The position numbers and the translations under genes were made by a program. The notes under the pieces were generated by a model. It ran no database searches. It worked only from the letters and a program-made list of their open reading frames with translations, and was not told the DNA's origin. From a virus (lineage: Duplodnaviria; Caudoviricetes), in the IMG/VR virus record IMGVR_UViG_3300023100_000005, positions 1-52,506 of that record: a stretch of 52,506 nt of DNA; one strand, given 5' to 3'. Position 1 is the first letter of the stretch; the number at the start of each line of letters is the position of its first letter. Of the stretch, positions 8,488 through 18,142 are shown piece by piece.

Positions 8488-9136
8488 CCCAAACGTTCCA
8501 GGTAGGGGAAAAGCAAGCGCCAAGGGTAAATTTAAATCCGGGAAGGGGCTGCCCCGCGATAAGCAATCAAAGCCAGGCCCACAGCCTAAAAAACGCGAAA
8601 ACATAGCCAAAGAAGTTACCGAAAAGGCAAAAAAAAATGGCCGTAAAAAGGCAATGGTATTACTACCTGCCATTTATATACATCCCGAAAAGGAATCGGA
8701 CCCTGAAGAAATGTGCGAAGCTGAAATTTCTTACCAGAAAAAAATGTTAGCAGTGCAAGCTGGGCGTTTAGCCAGTAAAGGTTTCAACAACAACGAAATA
8801 ATAAAACAGCTAGGTGTCGCAAAATCAACGTTTTACGAATACATAAAAGATGAGCCGTACTTCGCGTACCAAATACACAAGAATAACGGCATAGCTGTTG
8901 CAGAAGTAGAAAAAGCACTGTTTAAAAATGCCACAGGCTACGAATACAAAGAAGAAGTTGCCACGCCGTCCGGTGCGGTTGTGGAAGTTTACAAACAAAA
9001 ATTACCAGAAACAAAGGCAATTGAGTTCTTTTTAACAAACAGAAACGCCACAGACTGGAAAAAGAAGGTTGAAACAACAATTTCAGCCGGTGCAGGTATG
9101 GAAGCTATCACTTTTACGCTTAAAAAGCGGGAATAA
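8444..9136 (+). CDS. terS: terminase small subunit
   Basis: HTH NNEIIKQLGVAKSTFYEY plus VEKALFKNATGYEYKEE...PETKAIEFFLTNR...W; long basic N-terminal extension. Confidence 0.75.
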   Translation: MPKDSKINKDNKENNPNVPGRGKASAKGKFKSGKGLPRDKQSKPGPQPKKRENIAKEVTEKAKKNGRKKAMVLLPAIYIHPEKESDPEEMCEAEISYQKKMLAVQAGRLASKGFNNNEIIKQLGVAKSTFYEYIKDEPYFAYQIHKNNGIAVAEVEKALFKNATGYEYKEEVATPSGAVVEVYKQKLPETKAIEFFLTNRNATDWKKKVETTISAGAGMEAITFTLKKRE

Positions 9137-9199
9137 ATAGGGCGGGAAACACAAAGTGGCCGCCGGTGGGTATTGGGCCAAGTGCCATTTTAACAATAA

Positions 9200-9676
9200 A
9201 TGGGGAACGTTCCTGTGTATCAAAAAATAACTTCTGAGTGGCGAGGTAAAATGACTCCAGTGGGCGGACTGGAAATCTATTTAATTAGAACGTTAGAGTT
9301 TACCGATCCGGGCGCAAAACAATGTGCTAAGATTTTTTTAGAAAACGCTCACGCACTAGGTTTAATAGATGCAAATGGCGTCTTTGATGATGGGGTAACG
9401 CCAATTATTACTGAGCCAATTGAAAATAATAGAACCGGAACAAAACCCGGTCGAAAACCTGGACAAACAAAAACAACAACTTCGGAAAAAAACAAAAGTG
9501 AAAAAATTAAAAGTGAGACGCCCCCACCTACGCCGCCATCAGATCAGCGTACAAATGGAAATTTGTTAACTTTTAAAATTTCATTTTCAGAGGTTCGTAT
9601 TCCAGCAGATAAAGCAAAAACAGAGTTGGCAGAGATAATTGGTCACTTACAGAATATGCAACAATTAATGAGATAA
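9200..9676 (+). CDS. hypothetical protein, probably an N-terminally truncated captured bacterial gene
   Basis: PVYQKI...LEIYLIR...AKIFLENAHALGLI resembles the C-terminal half of a wHTH family; in-frame TAA directly before the ATG. Confidence 0.5.
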   Translation: MGNVPVYQKITSEWRGKMTPVGGLEIYLIRTLEFTDPGAKQCAKIFLENAHALGLIDANGVFDDGVTPIITEPIENNRTGTKPGRKPGQTKTTTSEKNKSEKIKSETPPPTPPSDQRTNGNLLTFKISFSEVRIPADKAKTELAEIIGHLQNMQQLMR

Positions 9677-9681
9677 TGAAA

Positions 9682-9897
9682 TTTAAAATGGGAATGAGTA
9701 AAAGAGAAATAGGTGCCTTGCTTGCATCTCTTGGTGTTAAAAGCCAAGAGCGTCCTGCCTAGTTTTTCCGGCGGGGCCGCAACCACGCCACTCATTCCCA
9801 TTTAAAAAAATATTCGTTGGGAGACGAAATAGGAAACGGCAAATCTCATTAGTTTGTCCGTTATCCGTCAGGCGGTTCATTTACCGCCTGTTTTCAT
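9682..9897 (-). ncRNA. candidate structured antisense ncRNA
   Basis: Minus-strand consensus promoter, no ORF, 14-bp closing stem 9686-9699/9790-9803 plus five further hairpins. Confidence 0.5.
9869..9894 (+). terminator. intrinsic terminator-like hairpin
   Basis: caggcggt/accgcctg stem followed by TTTT. Confidence 0.55.
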
Positions 9898-9900
9898 TTA

Positions 9901-9933
9901 CAAATATACGGAAATTATTTCACTGGTTCCAAA
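9901..9933 (-). promoter_or_regulatory. minus-strand Bacteroidota promoter
   Basis: Reverse-complement TTTG (9930-9933), 21 nt, TATATTTG (9901-9908). Confidence 0.7.
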
Positions 9934-10139
9934 TGCTGTTTAGGCACATGTTGAAATGACAACATATCATCACCGTCTTTTTCCGTTCTGTTCTTAACTA
10001 TTACGTAGTCATACTCACCAATAGGTGAGACCGATTCCATATTAACTCTTTTATATGGCTCTGTTTTGGTAGCTACAATTCTGTAAGTACCCCCTTCTCC
10101 AAATAACCAATTTACATTATCTCCTATTTTAAAATCCAT
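9915..10139 (-). CDS. small SH3-like protein, the only credible minus-strand CDS
   Basis: MDFKIGDNVNW...; ATG at 10139 with A-rich leader and a TATATTTA element at 10152-10159. Confidence 0.65.
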   Translation of the reverse strand: MDFKIGDNVNWLFGEGGTYRIVATKTEPYKRVNMESVSPIGEYDYVIVKNRTEKDGDDMLSFQHVPKQHLEPVK

Positions 10140-10229
10140 GATTTTTTTTAATAAATATATGAAATAATTTTTGTCCCACTTTGTATATAGGTGCCAATAA
10201 ATGACCATAAATTTAACAAAACATCCAAA

Positions 10230-10300
10230 TGTTAAATATTTAAATATATTCAAAAATATTTGCAAATATTCAAAAGGCGATGTATATTTGCTGTATAATT
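10230..10300 (+). promoter_or_regulatory. promoter with 10-bp-periodic ATATT array
   Basis: ATATT ending at 10240/10250/10260/10270; TTTG 10259-10262, 20 nt, TATATTTG 10283-10290. Confidence 0.8.
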
Positions 10301-10315
10301 TAAAACAAACGCAAA

Positions 10316-10600
10316 ATGAAAACTACAAACTCAGTAATCGAACAATTCATAATCGAAGAAACATTAATAACTCCTATTGAAAAAATAATTAATCAGTTTA
10401 AAAACTTAGAATTTAGAGATTGTGATATTAAATGGTTAAACGGTAAACTTGAAACCTACACTAAACTAGCCGCTCAAACACTTGGAATGACAATACATTT
10501 ACCTGAAACCGGTCTTAACGGCCGTGTACTTAATGACCATGTTAAAAACATTTATATATCACGTTTCACAACCCTGTTAAATTACTTTAAGGGGTTTTAA
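10316..10600 (+). CDS. hypothetical protein
   Basis: First gene after a strong promoter. Confidence 0.6.
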   Translation: MKTTNSVIEQFIIEETLITPIEKIINQFKNLEFRDCDIKWLNGKLETYTKLAAQTLGMTIHLPETGLNGRVLNDHVKNIYISRFTTLLNYFKGF

Positions 10601-10781
10601 CCTTGCCCTACTTGCGTTTGTTGCAAGCCTCAACCTTAGTGATATACGGGCCCCGCTTCTGAAATAAGAGCGGGGTTTTGAGGTGCCAGGCAACTGGTAC
10701 CCAACAAGCCGGTTCAAGTGGGTTGAAAAAACGGCAAGCCTGATTCTACTGGTCGGGCTTTTGGGGTGCAAAACAAACATT

Positions 10782-11006
10782 ATGAAAAAATTAATATTCG
10801 CTTTATTTTTAGCCTCATGCTCAGATAAAGACGTGAACGATAAGAAAGCGCAGGTTTGGATAAATGAACATAAAAAACCATTTACTTGTGTTCATCAAAT
10901 CACAAACGGATTTACATACGCTCACGGTTATACAATAATCGACTCATTAAATAACATTTATTTCACAGGGGAAGTGAACATTATATTACCTGATACACTG
11001 GATTAA
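10782..11006 (+). CDS. small lipoprotein
   Basis: MKKLIFALFLAS-C-SDKD lipobox; ATG 10782 with A-rich leader. Confidence 0.65.
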   Translation: MKKLIFALFLASCSDKDVNDKKAQVWINEHKKPFTCVHQITNGFTYAHGYTIIDSLNNIYFTGEVNIILPDTLD

Positions 11007-11008
11007 TT

Positions 11009-11182
11009 ATGAAACAAATAGGTAACGACATACGAATGATTTTTGCCAGTTGGATTCTGGTTTTGGTAATGAAAATTGTGCCAAAGGATAAACACGGTAT
11101 CATTGTTCTAAAAGCTATTCTTGCTGCGTTTCAGGAAATTCAAAATGATATGACTAAAAAAGAAAGCGATGGAACCAGATAA
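11009..11182 (+). CDS. small hydrophobic protein (57 aa, not in track)
   Basis: MKQIGNDIRMIFASWILVLVMKIVPK... fills the gap between neighbours. Confidence 0.45.
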   Translation: MKQIGNDIRMIFASWILVLVMKIVPKDKHGIIVLKAILAAFQEIQNDMTKKESDGTR

Positions 11183-11552
11183 ATTAATGATAGGTAATTT
11201 GCTACACGATCAGAAAGAACGGCTGTGTTGGGTTAAAGAAATAAACGGTGAAGAATTTAAGGCCCATGCAATAAGAGGCGGTATTACATCACTGCCAAAT
11301 AAGCCTATTAAAATTACAGAGGTCATTTTAAAAAATATGTTTAAGTTGAGAGAAGAAGGCAAGAGGTTCCAAACAACAAATTTTTCTGGTTTGTATCTTG
11401 AATTTGGATTTCAGTGGTATTTGAAAAGAAGTACGGATAAAGGCGATATTCTGTTACACGCCGGTGTAGAATACGTACATGAATTACAGAATTTATTCAC
11501 ATTATTACAAGGCCACGACGGCTATTATACATATAACCCAAAAACCAAATGA
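11169..11552 (+). CDS. Bacteroidota phage conserved protein (YopX-like)
   Basis: LMIGNL...PIKITE.IL...YVHELQNLF motif. Confidence 0.55.
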   Translation: MEPDKLMIGNLLHDQKERLCWVKEINGEEFKAHAIRGGITSLPNKPIKITEVILKNMFKLREEGKRFQTTNFSGLYLEFGFQWYLKRSTDKGDILLHAGVEYVHELQNLFTLLQGHDGYYTYNPKTK

Positions 11553-11782
11553 AAGTAACACCTGAATTAACCGAAAGGGCGAAACAAAACACAAAAGAAT
11601 TTTCCGACCAACTGGATGAGATTCTTAAAACGAAACCTGACGCTAAGTATGACGATATACTTCACACGCACCTTATTTTTAAAATATCCGAATTGGAATT
11701 GAAAGTAGAGGCCTTAACGCCTAAACTGGAAGATTTTATTCCAGATAATTCAGCACACTATCTTGATTGTAAAGGCAAATAA
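11549..11782 (+). CDS. hypothetical protein
   Basis: 77-aa ORF, ATGA overlap. Confidence 0.55.
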   Translation: MKVTPELTERAKQNTKEFSDQLDEILKTKPDAKYDDILHTHLIFKISELELKVEALTPKLEDFIPDNSAHYLDCKGK

Positions 11783-12078
11783 TGCTTAAAACACTTTATA
11801 GAGAGTTTCGCTACAAGCGCAATGCAAAACGCCGCCAAAGACGCTTACAGTTGTTTGGTAACAGGCACAAGCATGTAGTTGGTGGTGTTAGGCTTATGTA
11901 TAACCTTAAAAACACCCCATTGATATGACTTTTATAGAATGGCTTAAAGAACTTCAAGAGTTAACTCAAAAGAAATGGGTATTATTATCCGATTGTCCAG
12001 GTAAAAGTAAACGATACTTGTATTTTAAAAGGACTAAAAATTTAATGGTTAGGAAATCTTTCGCTAAAAAAATTATAA

Positions 12079-12309
12079 ATGGACAGCAATAACGAAATAA
12101 CACACCGGCAATTTTTTGGATTGAACAGAATTTCTAAAGTGATTATAACTGAATATTCTGATGGTAGAACATTTATCCAAGCATTTCAGGCTCCATATAA
12201 TTTTATTACTACGCCATTTCATGAAGAATCTGGACCGTTACCTTGCGAAACAAAACTTAAATTTATAATCGAAAAACATAAACAATTCAAAAATGAAACA
12301 AAAAATTGA
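12079..12309 (+). CDS. hypothetical protein
   Basis: 76-aa ORF. Confidence 0.5.
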   Translation: MDSNNEITHRQFFGLNRISKVIITEYSDGRTFIQAFQAPYNFITTPFHEESGPLPCETKLKFIIEKHKQFKNETKN

Positions 12310-12375
12310 ATGCCTGCTTGCCTGGTTAGAAGACCGCGAGCCTAAAAAATGGTACAACAAAAAAGACGAAGAATA

Positions 12376-12711
12376 ATGAAAAAAGGAGAACCAATACCCG
12401 AACGGATAAAAGTGCATTTTAAGGGCGTAGCTAAACTTTTACACCCAGGCCATGACGTTTACAGGCTAAACCTTTTGAGTGGCGTTGTTGACCGAGCACC
12501 GCTTATTCCTGTGGAGCAAAAAGGCCGAATGAAATGGTTTGGCATGCCCGTTGGCAAAAAGTATTCAAAAGTTGTGGCTTACATGCTCGATGAACAAAAG
12601 TATTTCCATTACTTGCCGGCATCAAGCCTTTACAACGCAATAAAGCTTTTTAAGCACACGAATAACGACCTGATAAAAGCAGGCGAATTAACAATCATTA
12701 CTAAAGCGTAG
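12376..12711 (+). CDS. hypothetical protein
   Basis: ORF 12349-12711, second ATG (MKKGEP) preferred. Confidence 0.5.
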   Translation: MKKGEPIPERIKVHFKGVAKLLHPGHDVYRLNLLSGVVDRAPLIPVEQKGRMKWFGMPVGKKYSKVVAYMLDEQKYFHYLPASSLYNAIKLFKHTNNDLIKAGELTIITKA

Positions 12712-12813
12712 TGGAACGCGAGCTTCTGATAATTGAAATGCATGACCAACGTAAAGGCTTCGCATACCGATTGCAACTTTTAAAACGTTTAATTAAACTT
12801 GACAAAGGAAAGA

Positions 12814-13020
12814 ATGAAAAAACTATTATTGATTTTAACAATGGCCACAATGTGCGGCTGTTACGAAGAAAAACGTGAACCATGGCCAGCGCCTCAAATG
12901 TTGATCGAAGATACAATCACCGACCGCATGCAGGATATTTCCTACTATATGGAATGCGGCTTTAATCCGGAACGCGCAAGGGAAATAGTTGACAGTATTC
13001 ATAAAGTAAATAAAAAATAG
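12814..13020 (+). CDS. small lipoprotein
   Basis: MKKLLLILTMATMCG-C lipobox. Confidence 0.6.
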   Translation: MKKLLLILTMATMCGCYEEKREPWPAPQMLIEDTITDRMQDISYYMECGFNPERAREIVDSIHKVNKK

Positions 13021-13093
13021 TTCTTCAGAAGTCGTTTAACTGAAGGTAATATATTCGCGGATCCTGAACGTAAAAGGTACTGCTATTTTTTAT

Positions 13094-13120
13094 AAAGCCC
13101 GGTTTATAACCGGGTTTTTT
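13094..13120 (+). terminator. intrinsic terminator
   Basis: cccggtt-tat-aaccggg plus T6. Confidence 0.75.
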
Positions 13121-13134
13121 ATTACCTTTACACT

Positions 13135-13419
13135 ATGCAAATACTTTTCGACGCCTTTGTGTACCCGGAAGAGATACTTCAAAAAATTGATACCGGACTT
13201 ATAGCGGAAGAAGATGTTGACCTTTTCAGGGATTGCACAACAAAGCCAATTCTGATAAACGTTAAGGAAATTATAACAGCCAGGCCAGAAGAAAAAGGCC
13301 GCGCAACTTCAGTATGTGACGGCACAAACTGTTTCACCTTAAAAATCCCTTTCACTGATTACGTTAAATTAATTCCGCACAGTTCGGCGCGCATGCTTAC
13401 AAAAAAATGGGCGAATTAA
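13135..13419 (+). CDS. hypothetical protein upstream of TerL
   Basis: 94-aa ORF overlapping the TerL start; TACCTTTA element 4 nt upstream. Confidence 0.6.
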   Translation: MQILFDAFVYPEEILQKIDTGLIAEEDVDLFRDCTTKPILINVKEIITARPEEKGRATSVCDGTNCFTLKIPFTDYVKLIPHSSARMLTKKWAN

Positions 13420-14924
13420 ATTTCGATGATATTGACCTGAACACGCAAAAGCTTCCGACTATTGTTACTTTGGATTATTCAGATCCACAGCAGGAAATTA
13501 TGGAAACCACAGCGCAGCGTGTTTTATTCCTTGGTGGTGTTGGTATTGGTAAGAGTCAAACGGCTGGAACTATTGCCATAGAATTGGTATTAAATAACCC
13601 AGAGGTTCGCGGGTTTATTGGTGCCAATACTTATGGCCAGCTAACAAAATCAACATTAGACCGTATAAAAAACGTTTGGGAAAAGCAGTTTAATTTAGTA
13701 AAAGGCCTTCAATACGTGGAAGGTGTACAGCCGCCGAAACACTTTAAAAGATTTGGTGCTGATTTAAGCAGTTATGAACACACAATAAGTTTTTCAAACG
13801 GTGCGATGATATTTACCGCATCGCTTGATAATTACAAGGTGATTGACGGTACCGAGTTTGGCTGGGCCTGTCTTGATGAAACCAAAGACACAAAAGAAGA
13901 AGCTGTTAAGGAAGTTATTATCCAACGGTTAAGGCAAAAGGGCATGTGGATAAACCCAAAAACCGGCGCGATCAGTAAAGAAGATAAGGACGGTTATCAA
14001 TCTTACAACCCTCTTTATATTTTTACGTCACCATCAAAAACCCGTTGGTTGAGTGAATGGTTTAGCCTTGATGAAGATGCCGACGAAATTGTAAAGCATA
14101 TTTTTGACAAAACAGATTATTACAGGAAGCGCAAAAGCCGTCAATTTGTTGTAATTGCCAGCAGTTACCACAATAAATTCTTACCAAGTGATTACATTTC
14201 TGGCATGATCGAAGATTTGGTTGGTAGTCCTAACCTTATTGATATGCTTATTTACGCCTCACCATTCGGTAAAACAGGCGGGGAATATTGTACCACTTAC
14301 AACCGATTAACACACGTTAAAGAATTTGAACCATGGCCAGAAGCAGCGGTGCATTTAAGTTTTGACTTTAACGCCGTGCCTTACATGACCGGCCTTTGTA
14401 TTCAGGTTAAATTTATTGAAGAAACAGGGCGTTACTTGGTAAGGGTGTTTAATGAATATTGTTTGGCGAACCCTAAGAATGACAGCGAAAGTTTAAGCGA
14501 AGAAATTATCACATACCATGGTGATTTATTACGCAATGGCATGTTTTACTATGGTGACTATTCGGGTGGCAACAAATCAACCGTGAGTAAAGATACACGG
14601 GATAATTACCATGCGATCGAAAAGAAATTCCATAAGTATTTATCCAATCAAAGCCGCCGGGTAATTGTAAACACGGGTTTAGAGTCACGTCGCCGGTTTT
14701 GTAATAAGGCTTTTGCAGGTAAATTTCCTTTTGATATTGAAATCCATAAAAAATGTAAGGAACTTTGCGGGGATATGGAATTCTGCAAGGAGGGTCCGGA
14801 CGGCGGTATATTGAAAACCACAGTAACCAAAGAAGGTAAAACGTACCAAGAAAGGGGTCACACTTGTGATGCTTTATTATATTTTTTAACCAGCGTTTTT
14901 AACGACCATTTTAAAGCGCAATAA
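13407..14924 (+). CDS. terL: terminase large subunit
   Basis: Walker A GGVGIGKS, Walker B WACLDE, RNase H-like LSFDFN, YGD, HTCDALLY. Confidence 0.92.
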   Translation: MGELNFDDIDLNTQKLPTIVTLDYSDPQQEIMETTAQRVLFLGGVGIGKSQTAGTIAIELVLNNPEVRGFIGANTYGQLTKSTLDRIKNVWEKQFNLVKGLQYVEGVQPPKHFKRFGADLSSYEHTISFSNGAMIFTASLDNYKVIDGTEFGWACLDETKDTKEEAVKEVIIQRLRQKGMWINPKTGAISKEDKDGYQSYNPLYIFTSPSKTRWLSEWFSLDEDADEIVKHIFDKTDYYRKRKSRQFVVIASSYHNKFLPSDYISGMIEDLVGSPNLIDMLIYASPFGKTGGEYCTTYNRLTHVKEFEPWPEAAVHLSFDFNAVPYMTGLCIQVKFIEETGRYLVRVFNEYCLANPKNDSESLSEEIITYHGDLLRNGMFYYGDYSGGNKSTVSKDTRDNYHAIEKKFHKYLSNQSRRVIVNTGLESRRRFCNKAFAGKFPFDIEIHKKCKELCGDMEFCKEGPDGGILKTTVTKEGKTYQERGHTCDALLYFLTSVFNDHFKAQ

Positions 14925-14932
14925 TAAAAAGC

Positions 14933-14940
14933 TATATTTG
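14933..14940 (+). promoter_or_regulatory. -7 promoter element before the portal gene
   Basis: TATATTTG in the short intergenic gap. Confidence 0.5.
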
Positions 14941-14963
14941 TATAACCAAACCAACTATTTGCC

Positions 14964-17090
14964 ATGCCAGAATTTAAAGATGATGTATCGATTGTTTTTG
15001 AAACAGTAAGAAACAACCTTCGCCACCAAGATTACAAACATGTAGTTGATTTGGCATCAGATTATAAAATTTATGCTACAGGCCATGGCATTGCAGACAA
15101 ATTGGAAAAGTTTGCACCGCGCGAAACCGAAGATTTACACCGCCAACGTGTAAACTTAACTATTGTAAACACCGCAGATATTTTAAACAGCTGCGTTAAG
15201 CCTTTGAATAAAGTAGGGCGTACACCCGCAATGAAACACTTTGTATGGGAAGGTAAAGACGCTAAGACCACAGCGGAAAATAAACGCAAAATATTAAAAA
15301 TTGGTAGTGAGTTTTGGGGGAAACAAAGCGTTGAGAAATATCTCGAAAAGCGCATGGCACAGTTCGATAAAACGGATCCAAATACTTTTTGTGTTGTTGA
15401 ATTTAAAGGGGAAACACGCCCTGATAAGCCGGCAACATTAAAACCGTACCCTTTTGAGGTTAACAGTACGGAGGCTATTAACTACGTTTACAAAGACAAT
15501 ATTTTACAGTGGTTAATTGTGCGTAACGATTACCTGATCATTGATGATAAAGGTGTTATGCGCCAAGGCGAGGTTATTTACGCTTTCTTAGAAAACCAGA
15601 CTGTAAAAGTGGCTCAAATTCACAATACAATGGTTCCGGCATGGCAGCAGGCAAACCCGAATTATATTTTAATTACAAAAGATACCGACCTTTCAACCTT
15701 GGTTAGAGGTTTCACATATTTATTCCCGACGGGAAAGGAAAAAGAATCGGATCGGTATTACCAAGTTACAATCACTAACCATAATTTCGGTATGGTACCG
15801 GCGTTTCGCATAGGCAACAACCTTGACCCATTGACTGAATACAGAACAGCGGTGCCGGTTATTCACGCCGCAAAATGTTATTTCGAAGACAGTATTCAAA
15901 CAATGTCGGAATTTAGCCTAACAAAAAGGCTTCACACATTCCCGCAAAAGTTCGCTTACTTACCTAAATGCGAAGGCCACGACCATGCCGGTAATAAAAT
16001 ACCTTGTTTGGGCGGGCAAACACCTGAAGGGAAAACCTGTAAAACCTGTAATGGTAGTGGGACAATTGCGCACACCAGCTCGCAGGATTTAATCGGTATT
16101 AAAATGCCTGATGATTTAACACAAATGGTTAGCCTAGAAAACATGATGGCTTACAAAGGGCCGCCGATTGACCTGGTTAAATTTCAAAAAGAATTTGGCT
16201 TTGAAGATTTGAAACGTTACGCGCTTGGTGCTGTTTATAACAGCGGAACTTATGGCCATACCAAAATAATCAAAACAGCAACAGAAAACGAAATTGATCT
16301 TGAGTCGGTTTACGATGTTATTAAAGATTTTGCTGATCATTATAGCAATGCTTACCAATTTATTTACTGGTGCATTGCCAAGGTGAATAATTTGGCTTCA
16401 AACTTTGTTGTAACGCACACATTCCCGAATGATTTTGCAATGGAACCGTTAGATTATCTAATGGAAACTTTAAGCAAAGCCAATAAAAGCGGTGCGGCCA
16501 GCCACGTTATAAAATCCATCAATAACAAGATCAATAAGAAAGTTTACGCCGACGAACCACGCCAAATTCACAAACTTGAAACACAGGATAAATACCAACC
16601 GTTTCAGGGTAAAACTTCCGATGAAATAAACTTCATTTTAGCCAGTGATTTAACTACGCAATACAACAAAGTTTTGCATGCGCATTTCAACCTTATTTTC
16701 AGTGAACTTGAATACGAGTTTAGCGCCAAAAATATTGACTTTTACGAACTCGATGAGGCCGTGCAACGCGCAGCTTTACGGGCAAAAGTAAATATTATGG
16801 TTACTTCAATTAACAACGAGGAAGCCGCAAGTCAGGCCGATGCATTTGGCACAGCCGAAACACAAACACCTGAAGAAATTGAATCTGATGCAAAAGCAAA
16901 ACTTCGCGGGTCTGCTGATGGTATTGCCGGGATCTTATCGGTGCAGGCTTCCGTTTCGGCTGGTACCACCACACCAAAAGCCGGAATTAAATTACTTGAA
17001 TCTATTTACGGATACAGTAATGAAGAAGCCGTTGAGTTATTAGGCGTGCCAAAACAAAATATTGCAGTAGAAGAGCCAAATCTTAATTAA
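14964..17090 (+). CDS. portal protein with DnaJ-like Zn-finger insertion
   Basis: Position after TerL, 708 aa, HNFGMVPAF, KTATE, C..C..CKTCNGSG. Confidence 0.8.
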   Translation: MPEFKDDVSIVFETVRNNLRHQDYKHVVDLASDYKIYATGHGIADKLEKFAPRETEDLHRQRVNLTIVNTADILNSCVKPLNKVGRTPAMKHFVWEGKDAKTTAENKRKILKIGSEFWGKQSVEKYLEKRMAQFDKTDPNTFCVVEFKGETRPDKPATLKPYPFEVNSTEAINYVYKDNILQWLIVRNDYLIIDDKGVMRQGEVIYAFLENQTVKVAQIHNTMVPAWQQANPNYILITKDTDLSTLVRGFTYLFPTGKEKESDRYYQVTITNHNFGMVPAFRIGNNLDPLTEYRTAVPVIHAAKCYFEDSIQTMSEFSLTKRLHTFPQKFAYLPKCEGHDHAGNKIPCLGGQTPEGKTCKTCNGSGTIAHTSSQDLIGIKMPDDLTQMVSLENMMAYKGPPIDLVKFQKEFGFEDLKRYALGAVYNSGTYGHTKIIKTATENEIDLESVYDVIKDFADHYSNAYQFIYWCIAKVNNLASNFVVTHTFPNDFAMEPLDYLMETLSKANKSGAASHVIKSINNKINKKVYADEPRQIHKLETQDKYQPFQGKTSDEINFILASDLTTQYNKVLHAHFNLIFSELEYEFSAKNIDFYELDEAVQRAALRAKVNIMVTSINNEEAASQADAFGTAETQTPEEIESDAKAKLRGSADGIAGILSVQASVSAGTTTPKAGIKLLESIYGYSNEEAVELLGVPKQNIAVEEPNLN

Positions 17091-18031
17091 TGGCCAAACT
17101 TACCAGGATACAAGCCGCAAAATTGCGTGAAGAATACCTTGCCCAACGCGAGGCTTTACTCATTGCCAAAGTTGATGCGCTTGCGGTAAAGCTTTATGAT
17201 AAAATATTCACTGAGTATTTATCACAACTCGAGCAGAACGCCGGCAAACTGGTAATGAATAGCAAAAATGTGAGCATGGTGAAAGGGCTTGATGCCATTT
17301 ATACCAATTTCATGGCAAAGTACAACGTACCTGTTGTTAAAGGTTTTATTACTGATGTTAAAGGAATAGTTCCTTTGAATGAACAGTATTTCAGTACCAT
17401 ATCAACAAAGCCAACCATTGCAGGTGCAAAAAAAGCCATCAAAGTAGTAAATAAAGGCCTTGGCTTAACTGAAAGCGGCGTACCAATTAAAGACGGCTTT
17501 ACCGATAAATTTATTCGGGACAAAACCCTTTTAAAGAAGATCAAAAAACAAACGACCCAGTCCTTAACACAGCGAAAAGGCTTTCAGCAATTCAGGCAAG
17601 AACTTCAAAAAACAGTTGAGGGTGAAAAAGGTAAACCGCTTTCTGGTGGGCTGCAGCAATACTACCGCAATAATGCTTATGATACTTTATCAAAAGTTGA
17701 CCGTATAGCCAGCGAAGAAATAGCTGATGAACTTGGGCTGATTTATTTCTACTATACCGGTGGGATCATTACAGATACGCGGCCTTTTTGCCGTAGGTGT
17801 AACGGTAAAATAGTTAACAGTGCCGAATTTCGCCACTTGACGTATTCAAAATTAAAAGAAAATTTACGCCCAGGTATTCCGGACGGTAAAAAACAAACTT
17901 GGCACCCTTTAGAAGACCTTGGCGGTTATGCATGTAGGCACCGAAAAGATTACATTGACGAAGCACTCGCAATTCGTTATCTTGAAACCAAAAAAGACAA
18001 AGTTTTGGATATCAAAACACTAACAAGCTAA
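17090..18031 (+). CDS. minor head protein (SPP1 gp7/Mu gpF-like)
   Basis: YYTGG..DTRPFC...GGYACRH, directly after the portal. Confidence 0.75.
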   Translation: MAKLTRIQAAKLREEYLAQREALLIAKVDALAVKLYDKIFTEYLSQLEQNAGKLVMNSKNVSMVKGLDAIYTNFMAKYNVPVVKGFITDVKGIVPLNEQYFSTISTKPTIAGAKKAIKVVNKGLGLTESGVPIKDGFTDKFIRDKTLLKKIKKQTTQSLTQRKGFQQFRQELQKTVEGEKGKPLSGGLQQYYRNNAYDTLSKVDRIASEEIADELGLIYFYYTGGIITDTRPFCRRCNGKIVNSAEFRHLTYSKLKENLRPGIPDGKKQTWHPLEDLGGYACRHRKDYIDEALAIRYLETKKDKVLDIKTLTS

Positions 18032-18073
18032 AAACAACCCATTTTTGTTAATAAATAGCTTTTTTGTTAGTAA

Positions 18074-18119
18074 TTTCTATTTAACATAATGTTTTTCTAT
18101 TTAACATAATGTATTTTTG
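18074..18119 (+). promoter_or_regulatory. head-operon promoter with 19-bp direct repeat
   Basis: tttctatttaacataatgt at 18074-18092 and 18094-18112; TATTTTTG 18112-18119. Confidence 0.7.
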
Positions 18120-18142
18120 TACTATAAAACGAAATACAAATT

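Noticed and set aside
10683-10781. Upstream GTG start giving a second lipobox (LLVGLLGC)
   Set aside because: The segment is occupied by RNA hairpins; ATG 10782 has the typical A-rich leader and a canonical signal
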